DNA from: Bryobacterales bacterium
GTDB lineage: Bacteria > Acidobacteriota > Terriglobia > Bryobacterales > UBA6623
Reading direction: 5' to 3'
NCBI GenBank assembly: GCA_965248305.1
Contig: OZ252099.1
Coordinates: 1,009,981-1,073,980 of the forward strand
Length of the DNA stretch: 64,000 nt
Both the position numbers and the translations under genes were made by a program. Shown here piece after piece: positions 28,049 through 36,592 of the stretch. The notes beneath the pieces were generated by a model. That model worked only from the letters and a program-made list of their open reading frames with translations, did not search any database and was not told the origin of the DNA. Numbering within the stretch: the stretch's first letter is position 1; each line of letters opens with the position of its first letter.

Positions 28049-28411
28049 TCACGGCAGCGACAGCTTGATCGCCGGCTGCTCTTCCACGGTCCAGACCGGC
28101 ACCGCCGCCCGGTCGTTGTGATCCAGCGTCCTGGATCCCGGCGGCAGGACGATGTACTTCCCGTTCGCCGCCTCGTGCAGCCGGATCCCCCAGGTTCCCG
28201 CGTTCAGCTGCTCCAGGACCCGCGTCCGCTCCTCGATCTCGAGGTCCAGCCGCTCCACTCTCTCGCTGCGGCTCCGGATCCGGCTCGACTGCCACTGCAC
28301 CAGTCCCCAGCTCCCGATCGAGATGAGCAGAAAGAGAGCGGTCCCGGCCGCCAGCGGGAGCAGCCACGACCACTTCAGGACCGATACCTGGCGATCGACC
28401 GCGTCCTCCAA
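28049..28411 (-). CDS. MbeB-like mobilization protein (membrane-anchored), nested in the relaxase gene; upstream part cut off by an in-frame TAG
   Basis: TM segment WSWLLPLAAGTALFLLISIGSWGLVQWQ followed by LEQLNAGTWGIRLHEAANGKYIVLPPG, as in ColE1 MbeB. The same frame upstream (LSERLRKRREEEEKRIEAERQRYEALITSGFKKLGASASSAVDNA) is separated from it by a TAG at 28430-28432. Confidence 0.45.
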   Translation of the reverse strand: MEDAVDRQVSVLKWSWLLPLAAGTALFLLISIGSWGLVQWQSSRIRSRSERVERLDLEIEERTRVLEQLNAGTWGIRLHEAANGKYIVLPPGSRTLDHNDRAAVPVWTVEEQPAIKLSLP

Positions 28412-29104
28412 AGCGCTCTCGATGGAACGCTACGCGTTGTCGACGGCGCTGCTCGCACTCGCGCCAAGCTTCTTGAACCCGCTCGTGATCAGGGCCTCGT
28501 AGCGCTGTCGCTCCGCCTCGATCCGTTTCTCCTCCTCCTCGCGCCTCTTCCGCAGTCGCTCGCTCAAGCTGCCCGGCGTCGAAGTCCCTGCCATAGATCG
28601 CTCCTTTCAGCCGCCACCGCTGCCCGCTCTGCGGATCCCGCGCCGTGACGTAGTCCCGGCCCTGCCGCGGCACCTCGAGGCCGGCCTCCTCCAGCGCCGC
28701 CACCAGGTCCTCGCGGTTGCGGATCTCGCCGGCCTCGACGCGCTGCTCGAGGTAGGCCCCGAGCAGCTGGCGCGAGTCCGGCTCGACCTCGAGTCCGGCC
28801 CGCAGCTGCGCCGCGTCGATGTAGGCCTTGTAGGGCCCCGGCTGCAGCGCCCGCGCGCTCTCCGGATCGTCCGGGCGGCTCCAGCCGTGCTCGTGGTTGA
28901 GCGCGTCGCGCAGCGGGTCGAAGGCCTTCTGCCAGCCCGGCGGCGCGATGTTCAGGCTCTTGCCCGTCTCGAGGTCGCAGCGCGCGGCCAGGACGTGGAC
29001 ATGCACCCCGCCGCCCCGCTCGCGGTGCAGCACGGCCGACACCATCGCACACAGTTGCTCCGATGTAGCATCTGGTGCAACTTCAACTGTCCACCGCTTC
29101 GTAG

Positions 29105-29570
29105 CCACTTCACCCGGCGATCGCCCAGATCCACGGCATCGAGTCCTGGCGGGGGCGGCCGTTCCTGGTCGTCGAGTTCCTCTCCGGGGGCACGCTCCAG
29201 GACCGGCTGCTGCAGGGGCCGGTCCCGCCGGCCGAGGCCGTTTCCGTGATCGCCGCGCTGGCCGACGCGCTGGCGGCGCTGCACGAGCAGGGATTCCTGC
29301 ACGGGGACATCAAGCCGAGCAGCATCGGATTCACGTCGAGCGGGTCGCCGAAACTGCTGGACTTCGGCTTGGCCCGCTCGAAGGGCGGCGCGGCCACCGC
29401 GGGCGGCACGCTGCGCTATGTGTCGCCCGAGGCGTTGGCGGGCCGTCAGGCGGGCGAAGCCGACGACGTCTGGTCCCTGTGCGTCGTCCTGTACGAGACG
29501 GTGGCCGGGCGGCAGGCGTTCGCGGGCGGCAGCGCGGACGAGGTGGCCGGGCGGGGCGTTCGCCGAGGCG
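29105..29570 (+). pseudogene. Ser/Thr protein kinase catalytic-domain fragment (subdomains IV-IX only)
   Basis: HPAIAQIHG...PFLVVEFLSGGTLQDRL...LHEQGFLHGDIKPSSIGF...KLLDFGLAR...GTLRYVSPEAL...DVWSLCVVLYETVAG. The Gly-loop and VAIK lysine region are missing. The open frame begins directly after a stop at 29102-29104, at the relaxase truncation point. Confidence 0.7.
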
Positions 29571-30509
29571 CTTCGCGGGGTCCGCTGGAAGGAATAGGAA
29601 TTTTTTCGGTCTTCTTGTCTGGTTTTCGTTTCCCGGTCGTCTCAGGGGCGGTAGCGAGTCAAATTGTGACATTGCTCCGTCGGCAACTGAACGAGCCAGG
29701 ACATGATCAGAACAGGACACACAGCCACACAGCCACACCGGCAGACCGCCACACCAGTACAGCTAACGCACCTATCCAGTAACGAGCCACCCCACGCGGC
29801 CAACCGTCGCGCGTCCCGCCTGTCGGCGGGGACGGCGCTGCCGCTGTGGATCGAGCGGAGTCCGGCGCGGGCGCGAGCCACGTCGGCGGCGCCTGGCTGC
29901 ACCGCCCCGCCCTCCGCTCCGGGATCTGCCGGTTACCCGGCGGGATCCATTCCGAGATGGCGTTCGCCGCCGATGATCCGAAGCTACGCGATGCGCGCTG
30001 CTTCGCCAGCCCCACCCCGCTCCCCAGGGAAAAGCCCCCGGCGCCCAAGGCGCAAATGATTCGCGAGCTAACTTGACGCCTCGCAGCGTCTGCGCGTGTC
30101 CCCGCGGCAAGTCCGCGCCGAGGGCCAGACGACGCACGCAAACGGTGACGGTGCCGCGCTGCCAGCGCCAGGGAGAGACGGGAGCGGCAGCGCTCGACTC
30201 CATCAAGCGAGAGCAATTCCAGGGAAGCCACTTCGCCCGATTCCGAATCGGCGCTGGCTCCTTCGTGGTCAGCGCGGAGCACCCGTTCCTCATCGAGCAC
30301 TCGCGCACCCGTGACGAGAGGCAGCTCGGCGGCACGATCGCCGCTGCTCGGAACGGATGGAGCCGCGATGCAACATCTGCCACCGGGTTCGGCCCGGACC
30401 GGGCGGCTGGCAGTCTCCGCAGCGGCAGTCCGTGGGAGAGAGCGCGAGCCCGGGCCCCCTAGCGCTCGCGAGCGAAACCGCCCCGGACGCCTGAGGGCGG
30501 AACGAAGCG

Positions 30510-31088
30510 GTGGCAGACGGGCCGCATCGCGCCGCCACATACCGGTTCGTCGCTCCTAGGAGCGCCAGCCTTGCGGGCCGCTTTCCGCTCCCGCGCTCCC
30601 GCGCTACCATCCCGCCAGTGGACACAGCACCCCCGAAGGGCCCCCCCCCTGCCGAGGAGTGGGCGTCGATCACCCACCGCTTCAGCGTCGGCGGGCACAT
30701 TGGCTACATCTCGGTTGCGGCCGACGAGCACGGCCGTCCCGTCCTCATCGAGGTGCGCATGTCGAAGGCCGGCGGCCTGCTGCGAGGGCTGCTGGATTCG
30801 CTCGCCGCCAGCGTCACGCTTGGGCTGCAGCGCGGCGTTCCGCTGTCGGACTACGTCTCCCTGCTCTCGCTGGCGCGCTTCGAGCCCGCCGGCTGGACCG
30901 AGCGCATGGGCTACGCGCACTCCGTCGTGGACTACCTGCTCCGCTGGCTCGGCGCGAAGTTCCCCGGAACCGGGGCCGTCGATCCGCCCACCGCTGTTCC
31001 GGACGGAGAGACTTGCGGAGTGTGCGGCACGCCCGTCACCTTGGGTCCCGGCTCGCCCTGTCCGGACTGCGGGGACATCGGGCTCTGA
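30510..31088 (+). CDS. Stand-alone TSCPD-domain protein with C-terminal zinc ribbon
   Basis: ITHRFSVGGHIGYISVAADEHGRPVLIEVRMSKAGGLLRGLLDSLAASVTLGLQRGVPLSDYVSLLSLARFEPAGWT...AHSVVDYLLRWL matches the TSCPD domain found at the C-terminus of class II ribonucleotide reductases. The tail is CGVCGTPVTLGPGSPCPDCG. Confidence 0.65.
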   Translation: MADGPHRAATYRFVAPRSASLAGRFPLPRSRATIPPVDTAPPKGPPPAEEWASITHRFSVGGHIGYISVAADEHGRPVLIEVRMSKAGGLLRGLLDSLAASVTLGLQRGVPLSDYVSLLSLARFEPAGWTERMGYAHSVVDYLLRWLGAKFPGTGAVDPPTAVPDGETCGVCGTPVTLGPGSPCPDCGDIGL

Positions 31089-31133
31089 GGTACAGCCCCC
31101 CGCCTCTCGACACGCCGCGCCTCCCGCGTCAAA

Positions 31134-31475
31134 TTGAAAGGTATGGGAAACGATCAGGGCGCCCCTTCCCTCGCAGGCAGCTGGGCGCTGGAGTGGATGC
31201 CGGCTGAGACGCTCGAGGAGGGCCTGGAGGCGCGCGAGATCCTCGCGCGCGGCCGCCCGGCCGGCCTGATGGTCCACAAGCGCGCATCCGACCGGAAGCG
31301 GAACGTCCTGCTCGGGCCGATTGGTGCGGCGCTGGGATCGCCGCCGGGATGGCTCGACGATCTAGACCCAAGCGTAGCGATCAATACGATTCTCACGGCA
31401 ACGGCGCTGCTGCCGCCGGAGGACCTCGAGGAGGCGCTCTCTGCCTGGGACGGCTTGGATGTGGCCGACGAGTGA
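31134..31475 (+). CDS. Hypothetical protein (113 aa)
   Basis: ORF with GC3-rich codons; no recognisable motif. Confidence 0.3.
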   Translation: MKGMGNDQGAPSLAGSWALEWMPAETLEEGLEAREILARGRPAGLMVHKRASDRKRNVLLGPIGAALGSPPGWLDDLDPSVAINTILTATALLPPEDLEEALSAWDGLDVADE

Positions 31476-31690
31476 CTGCTTTGGGAAATCGTGCCGAATG
31501 GAAACTGGAGGTCCATATGCGACAAACGCCTAATCTGTATCCGATGAATGGAGGAGCCCCTGGACCGGGGCTGCTACTGCCGTCACCGGCGACGCTCCCC
31601 CGTTGCTGCCGGGCACCGCGCGGTCCCGGGTGCCACCCTCTTTCCGGCGCGTCAGCACCCCCTTGTGGGTACCGTATCCAAATCGATCCT

Positions 31691-31922
31691 TTAGGGGTCG
31701 TCACCGCCGGCCCCCAGCAGGCGCTCCAAGGCCGAGTGGGTCGGGCCGTCCAGCCTGTTCGTCCCGGAGTAGGTGGGTGTACACGCCACGCGCGCTCTCG
31801 CTGCCGTGCTTCCACACACTGGCCGCATCCTCGACCCAGATATGCACGATGTGCTCGGCGCTCAGGTTGCGCGATCCGAAGCGGGCCAGGCAGAAGTCGC
31901 GTACGCTACGGAACGTTGTCAT
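31691..31922 (-). pseudogene. Small (~77 codon) gene of unknown function, paralog 1, frameshifted
   Basis: MTTFRSVRDFCLARFGSRNLSAEHIVHIWVEDAASV... then switches frame to ...YSGTNRLDGPTHSALERLLGAGGDDP. Length is 232 nt (1 mod 3). Homologous to 32537-32771. Confidence 0.4.
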
Positions 31923-31926
31923 GCTT

Positions 31927-32486
31927 CTAGATTCGCACCTTCGTCACGAAAACGATCCTTTTCACACGAGGCCAGCGAGCGAGCCGCCTAGTGACTTCGC
32001 CCCCCTCCCCCTTGCCGAGCCGCAAGACCCTCCGTGCACTATCGGAAGAACCGCCCTCGCAGCGCGCCTCGGCCTTCACCTCGCGCATGAGTGACGCAGC
32101 GCTCTCGAAGCACCTGGTTGTCTCCGCTCCCCCCTCATAGGTCGGTTTTGGAGGGGCGCCGCGCCCAGTGGCGAAGACCAAGCACCCGGTTACTCGCATC
32201 CCCGGCGCCCAATCCCGGACGGCCTCGACGTTGCGTGCGATTCGCCGCAAGGTCTCTCGGAACTTTGGGCTGGGAACGCGCCCATGCTTCGTTTCGATGA
32301 CCCATAGCCCGCGCGGCATCGCCACAAGATGGTCGATGTCCCCACCCTGGCGATCCCCTCCGCATGGTGCGCCACCGCGCACCGTTCTAGGGTCAGCGCG
32401 TATTCGATCGCCTGTCCGGCCTTCTCCTCGCCGCGCGTGCCCTTCCTCATGTCCGGGAACCGCCAGCCGCTCGCGAGCTGGTGCAA
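31927..32486 (-). pseudogene. NERD-domain (nuclease-related) protein, frameshifted
   Basis: One frame holds GTRGEEKAGQAIEYALTLE. The next frame holds DIDHLVAMPRGLWVIETKHGRV, the NERD core motif DIDHlv....G.wviE.K. Confidence 0.55.
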
Positions 32487-32536
32487 CGCCGCGCCTAGGT
32501 GGCGAAGGTGGATTAGGCCGTCGCGAAAACGATCCT

Positions 32537-32771
32537 TCAGGCGCCGTCGGCGTCAGCCAGCAACAGGCGCTCCAGGGCCGAGTGGGTCAGGCCGTCCAGC
32601 TTGTTCATCCCGGAATAGGTGAGTGTGAATGCCACGCGCACGCCCTCACTGCCGTCCGGGCACACGCTGGCCGCATCCTCGACCCAGATGTCCACGATGT
32701 CCGTGTCACTCAGGTTCCGTGCTCCGAAAAGGCCCAGGCAAGAAGCCGCGCAAGCTGCGGAACTTTGTCAT
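32537..32771 (-). pseudogene. Small gene of unknown function, paralog 2, frameshifted at a different position
   Basis: MTKFRSLRGFLPGPF... stops early, and the next frame continues LSDTDIVDIWVEDAASVCPDGSEGVRVAFTLTYSGMNKLDGLTHSALERLLLADADGA. Length is 235 nt (1 mod 3). Confidence 0.4.
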
Positions 32772-33122
32772 GTCTCCAGATTCGCACATCGGCTCGCTCG
32801 GTACCGGCGCAGCACGCGGCCTGGCCCGAGACGCTGGCCCTGCTGGTGCATTTCGGGTGTTGGGCGGAATGCTCGCGCTGCTGCGTTATGCCCCGGATTC
32901 GGAGACCGGCGGGGTGGTGTTCATGGCCCTGATGTTGGCCGCCGCCCTCGCCGCGCTCGCGGCTGCCGACAAGGGCCTGTGGGGCAGCCGGTAAAACGAC
33001 CGTTTTCGCGACGGGGGATGGGGGGGTGTTTGTTACGTCCCACGCCGGGCGGGCTTTATCGCACTCAACGGCGGCCTCGCTGGCCCCCGGCGATCATTGA
33101 ATGCCTGCTGTGGTTGGCGCGC

Positions 33123-34006
33123 CTACCCCTCGGCACTAACGGCCATTGCAACGTTGCGCCATGATCCGTCCGGCGCGGGCCAGCTCCGGATCAGCTCGAA
33201 GCGCAGCTCCGCTCTAGCTCCCTCGCCGTCAACGGTTAGGCTCACCTCGATTTCGGACACGAGCGCCGACACCATCCAGTCCGGCTCCAAGGGATTCACT
33301 AACCACTTGGCTCTAAGGGCGCTCCGCGTCAGCAACGAGCTACATTCCGCGTCGCCCCCTCCGAGCCCGACGCGGACGGGAATATCCTCGGTCCTTTCCC
33401 CGCCTACAAGCGCCGCGCAGAATGCTCCCAAGCCCCCCTCGGCCGCGGTAACGAGCTTCCGGCTCGCTTCCTCGGCCTCTCGCTTGGCATCCGGGTGCAT
33501 CCGGAAGTCTAGGCTGGCCGCTAGCTGCTCCCCGTCCCAGAGTCGATCCGGCACGCGGAGAACCAGACGCCCGACCAGTGACGATCGACATGCTGCGCCA
33601 CGCAAGCCTCCGCGAACTCGTCTCGCGAGCCTTGTTCGTCCCGCTTGGTGATTTGCGCGATTCCGCCATCGAGGCCGAAGCCGACCTCGATCTTTCGGCG
33701 CTTGTCCGAGGAGATCTTACGCAACCGATCAAACCGCAATCCCGGCAACCCCAAGACGCGATCGTCGAGCAACCGAGTCCCACGCTTGTTCTGGTCTCCA
33801 AGTACGGTCTTCCGCAGGAACACCGAACTGGTCCGCGCGAATGCGGCCACGGAATTGCGCCAATCGTTTTGATCGCACGCGCTGGACGACCGACTCCGCA
33901 GTCCGTCGGTGGCGAGCTGTAGGTCGGTCATTGCATCCGTGATTCGCGCCGTCTTCTCCTTCAATATGCCGCCAACCACGCTACCCGTCGCGGGCAGGAG
34001 TGTCAC
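33123..34006 (-). pseudogene. Hypothetical gene, apparently split by a frameshift (ORFs 33521-34006 and 33123-33605)
   Basis: Two same-strand ORFs overlap by ~85 nt, and both have coding-like GC3. I recognise no family. Confidence 0.3.
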
Positions 34007-34304
34007 GGCCGCCTTTCCAGGGCCGTTTCCTCGAATGCCCAGGGGCTAGCACGTCAACCGCGAAGTCCACATCGACACCGACCGAACGCAACAGAAACAT
34101 GCCCTCAGCATCGGTTCGTTCGAAGTTGTCAAATGCCGCCCGCCGAAATGCCTTGCCAGGCTCGTGATATCGAACCTGGCTTGTGGCGCTATATGAGTCG
34201 TGTTGAACGTGGCTACTTGCCTTTCCTGTTTTTCTTGGTGATATGGTAGACAGGCTTCCATGCCGAAGATATTGCGCCGAGCGCCCAAAACGCGGCACCT
34301 GCAA
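33981..34304 (-). pseudogene. Fragment of a carboxypeptidase-regulatory-like domain protein (paralog of 40926-41504)
   Basis: YHEPGKAFRRAAFDNFERTDAEGMFLLRSVGVDVDFAVDVLA aligns with YYEPDKPIRRTAFNNFERTDADGLFLLQAVGIDVEFVVDVLA of the 192-aa ORF. Confidence 0.45.
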
Positions 34305-34672
34305 TTGGTATAGCTAGAACGTCCTTTGCCGATATATTCGGGTCCGTGCTAATGCCGTCAGGCTTTAGCAGAATAGCAGTCACAGACACGACACCTCCTA
34401 ACCATGCATAAAATCGTTCCTGATTCCCTATTATCTTCATCCCAGTAGAGCGCCAGAAGGGGTGGGCTGGTGGATTTTCGGTGGCTGGCGCGAACCCGGC
34501 GGGCAGGGGGGAGAGGCGCTAGGCACGAGATGCACTGGTCGCCAGTGGTATCGGTCGCAACCGGGTCCCCCGGGCAGTCCCCTGATGGTCCCCGGGGAGT
34601 GCCGGCGGCCTGTCCCACGCGCAGCCGGGTTGTCGAACGCCCGGTGGATAGGGCTGGCGGGAGCCGCGGCCG

Positions 34673-35611
34673 TTAGACGACGCTCAACAGCAGGATCGGA
34701 CGCGGCAGCGTCGTGGCCGCCGCCTTCAGCAGCCTGCGCGGCAGCGCCGCCAGCTCGTAGCGGCGATTGAAGCGGTACTGGAACTCGGCTAGGTAGCGCC
34801 CCGCGTAGTGCGGCGCGCAGGCATGGTAGGTGCCGTCCAGCGAGCGCTTCACGTTCCCCAGGATCGTGTTCGCCCAGACCAGGTCGGGCGTCTCGCAGCC
34901 CTGCTTGCCGCCGCCCGTCACGTGTGGCTTGTGCTCGCAGCCCGCTGCCTCCAGCCCCTTGAAGCAGGCCAGCCCGTCCGTGTTCACCGTGGTCCCGGGC
35001 TGGAGGTGCTGCGCGGCCCACCGCTCGACCTCGGCCGTGCGGAAGCCGTCGACCACGCTCAGCTTCAGCACCACCGGCTGGCCCTCCTCGCTGACCTGCA
35101 CGGCCGCCAGCATCGGCGTCTTGTTCGGCGAGCCCCGCCCGCGCTTGCCGCCGGGGTACTCGCCGCCCAGATAGGCGTCGTCCAGCTGCACGGTGCCCGC
35201 CAGCCGGTAGCGCTGGTCCCGCTCCCGCATGGCCTGCATGAGCTTGTGCTTGAGCAGCCAGGCGGTGTTGTCGTTGACGCCCAGCTTGCGCCCCAGTTCC
35301 AGGGCCGAGATGCCGCTCTTGGTCTGGGAGAGCAAGTAGATGGCAAGGAACCAAATGGTCAGCGGCAGCTTGGTGGCCTGGAAGACGGTGCCGGCGAGCA
35401 GGGAGAGCTGGCGCTTGCAGTGGTTGCACTGGAAGGTGGCCCGGCGGGTGGAGAGGCGGCAGAAGCGGGCGCCGCCGCAGCGGGGGCAGTTGAGGCCGTC
35501 GGGCCAGCGGGCGTCGAAGAGGGCCTGCTCGCACTGCGCCTCGGAGCCGTAGTCCTGGAGGAACTGGGCCAGGCTGAGGCCTGTTTGGAACTGGACTTTG
35601 TTCTTGGGCAT
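34673..35611 (-). CDS. IS1595-family transposase (N-terminal zinc ribbon plus ISXO2-like DDE domain)
   Basis: From the internal ATG: MPKNKVQFQTGLSLAQFLQDYGSEAQCEQALFDARWPDGLNCPRCGG...FQCNHCKRQLSLLAGTVFQATKLPLTIWFLAIYLLSQTK...VQLDDAYLGG...VNTDGLACF, which is the typical IS1595/ISXO2 layout. I could not define the element ends. Confidence 0.85.
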   Translation of the reverse strand: MPKNKVQFQTGLSLAQFLQDYGSEAQCEQALFDARWPDGLNCPRCGGARFCRLSTRRATFQCNHCKRQLSLLAGTVFQATKLPLTIWFLAIYLLSQTKSGISALELGRKLGVNDNTAWLLKHKLMQAMRERDQRYRLAGTVQLDDAYLGGEYPGGKRGRGSPNKTPMLAAVQVSEEGQPVVLKLSVVDGFRTAEVERWAAQHLQPGTTVNTDGLACFKGLEAAGCEHKPHVTGGGKQGCETPDLVWANTILGNVKRSLDGTYHACAPHYAGRYLAEFQYRFNRRYELAALPRRLLKAAATTLPRPILLLSVV

Positions 35612-35735
35612 CGCAGAGGGTTCTCTAGCCATGATTATCGCAATATATTCGCTCAAAGTCAATAGAATCAGCGATTTAATACGAACAAAACTCGCAATTC
35701 AAGGCTACGGAGACGCTGACCGCCGAGGGACGTAG

Positions 35736-36088
35736 TCAGACTGGCGGACCGGCCGCTGGGTCGCCTTGGCCAGCCCCGTTTAGGTCGGTCTTGGATGCAG
35801 GTAGTAGGGAATCAGGAAATCGTTTGCCTAGAGGGCGGCGCTTGTATACTGTCCTGACCTTCGACAAGTCGAAGGTCAGGGTTCCTCCATCATTTATGAT
35901 CGTGATTGTCGAATCTGTGTATGATGCGAACCGCCCCTTGGCGGCGGAACCCTCTTTAGTGTCGTACAGCCTGACCTTGACCCTCCGTCCTGGGTCAAGG
36001 TCTTGAAGCGCTGACCAGTCTGGCTTTAAGCGGATGCCTGCCACGCCGTGAACTGGACAAAGTAGGATTGCCGTAGCTAGCGAGAACA
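35736..36088 (-). pseudogene. Small secreted protein, 5' end removed by the IS66-family fragment
   Basis: The signal-peptide-like FSLATAILLCPVHGVAG starts directly at the IS terminus (36089). The listed ORF 35736-36197 borrows its N-terminus from IS sequence. Confidence 0.4.
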
Positions 36089-36524
36089 GTAACCATTCAG
36101 GTTTCGGGGCGCTACAGTTAGGCTCTGCCGCAGAACCACGAGAGTAGCGCAGAGGCAGGCGAACCGGATTTCGTCGGCAACCGCAACGCTGAGGCAAAGG
36201 AGTTCCGGGGTAGCCGGAGGAGCAACCGGTCGGCGTCGGTGGAGCGGGTGGCTGGCGTCAGGCAGGGCTCGATGGGCAAGCAGAAGATCGGCTGAGCACT
36301 TGACATTGACTTGGCCTCGGCAACCTTGCCATCGTAGGATCGGGCGGTCAGCCCGGTCGTTGTGGGCAGGACGAAGTCCAGCAAGAAAGGACAGCCAGTC
36401 GGGGGGCGGCCCGCGTGCGCTCACTGTGAGCAACTCCAACGCGCACTCGACGCTGCACAGTCCGACATGCAGGCTGCGCAGGAACGGGAGGCCGAGCTGC
36501 AAGCCCAGCTGGCGAACCTGCAAC
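36089..36524 (+). mobile_element. 436-bp fragment (transposase-proximal end) of a second IS66-family copy, inverted relative to the full copy
   Basis: Starts GTAACCATTCAGGTTTCGGGGCGCTACAG and is collinear with the reverse complement of 39139-39574, with scattered substitutions and small indels. It includes the 5' UTR and the first ~55 codons of the transposase (ORF 36362-36559). Confidence 0.8.
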
Positions 36525-36592
36525 GTAAGCGTTCAGATGGCGAGGCGGAGGTCGGCTGAGCCGATGTTGGGGATGCCCGAGGAGGCGGGCAT

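Larger units (their letters stand above)
27693..29108 (-). pseudogene. MOB(HEN)/ColE1-type relaxase (MbeA-like), 5'-truncated
   Basis: HRERGGGVHVHVLAARCDLETGKSLNIAPPGW...DALNHEHGWSRPDDPE and EAGLEVPRQGRDYVTARDPQSGQRWRLKGAIYGRDF parallel the MbeA core (W.EH.DKGR.ELNFVIPN.EL.TGKRL...GL.DP...; LTEAGLEV....R.SI...DP.GG...RLKGA.Y). The first ~90 aa, which would hold the catalytic Tyr, are absent. The C-terminal half is low-complexity because other frames carry nested genes. Confidence 0.65.

Noticed and set aside
30180-30310. FRIGAGSFVVSAEHPFLIEH as a Hint/intein block-B-like fragment next to the TSCPD gene.
   Set aside because: The resemblance rests on a few residues (T/S-x-x-H-P-F-L). No block A Cys/Ser and no C-terminal HN motif are seen.
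34537-35750. Possible IS1595 ends: GGTCGCCAGT at 34537 and the reverse complement of 35740-35750, GGTCCGCCAGT.
   Set aside because: This is only a 10-11 nt match with an indel, which is within chance expectation for the area searched. The right candidate also overlaps the stop of the neighbouring ORF. The ends are left undefined.
36362-36559. 65-aa ORF MGRTKSSKKGQPVGG... as an independent small gene.
   Set aside because: It is the first ~55 codons of the IS66 transposase carried on the inverted IS fragment, reading through into the neighbouring IS terminus.
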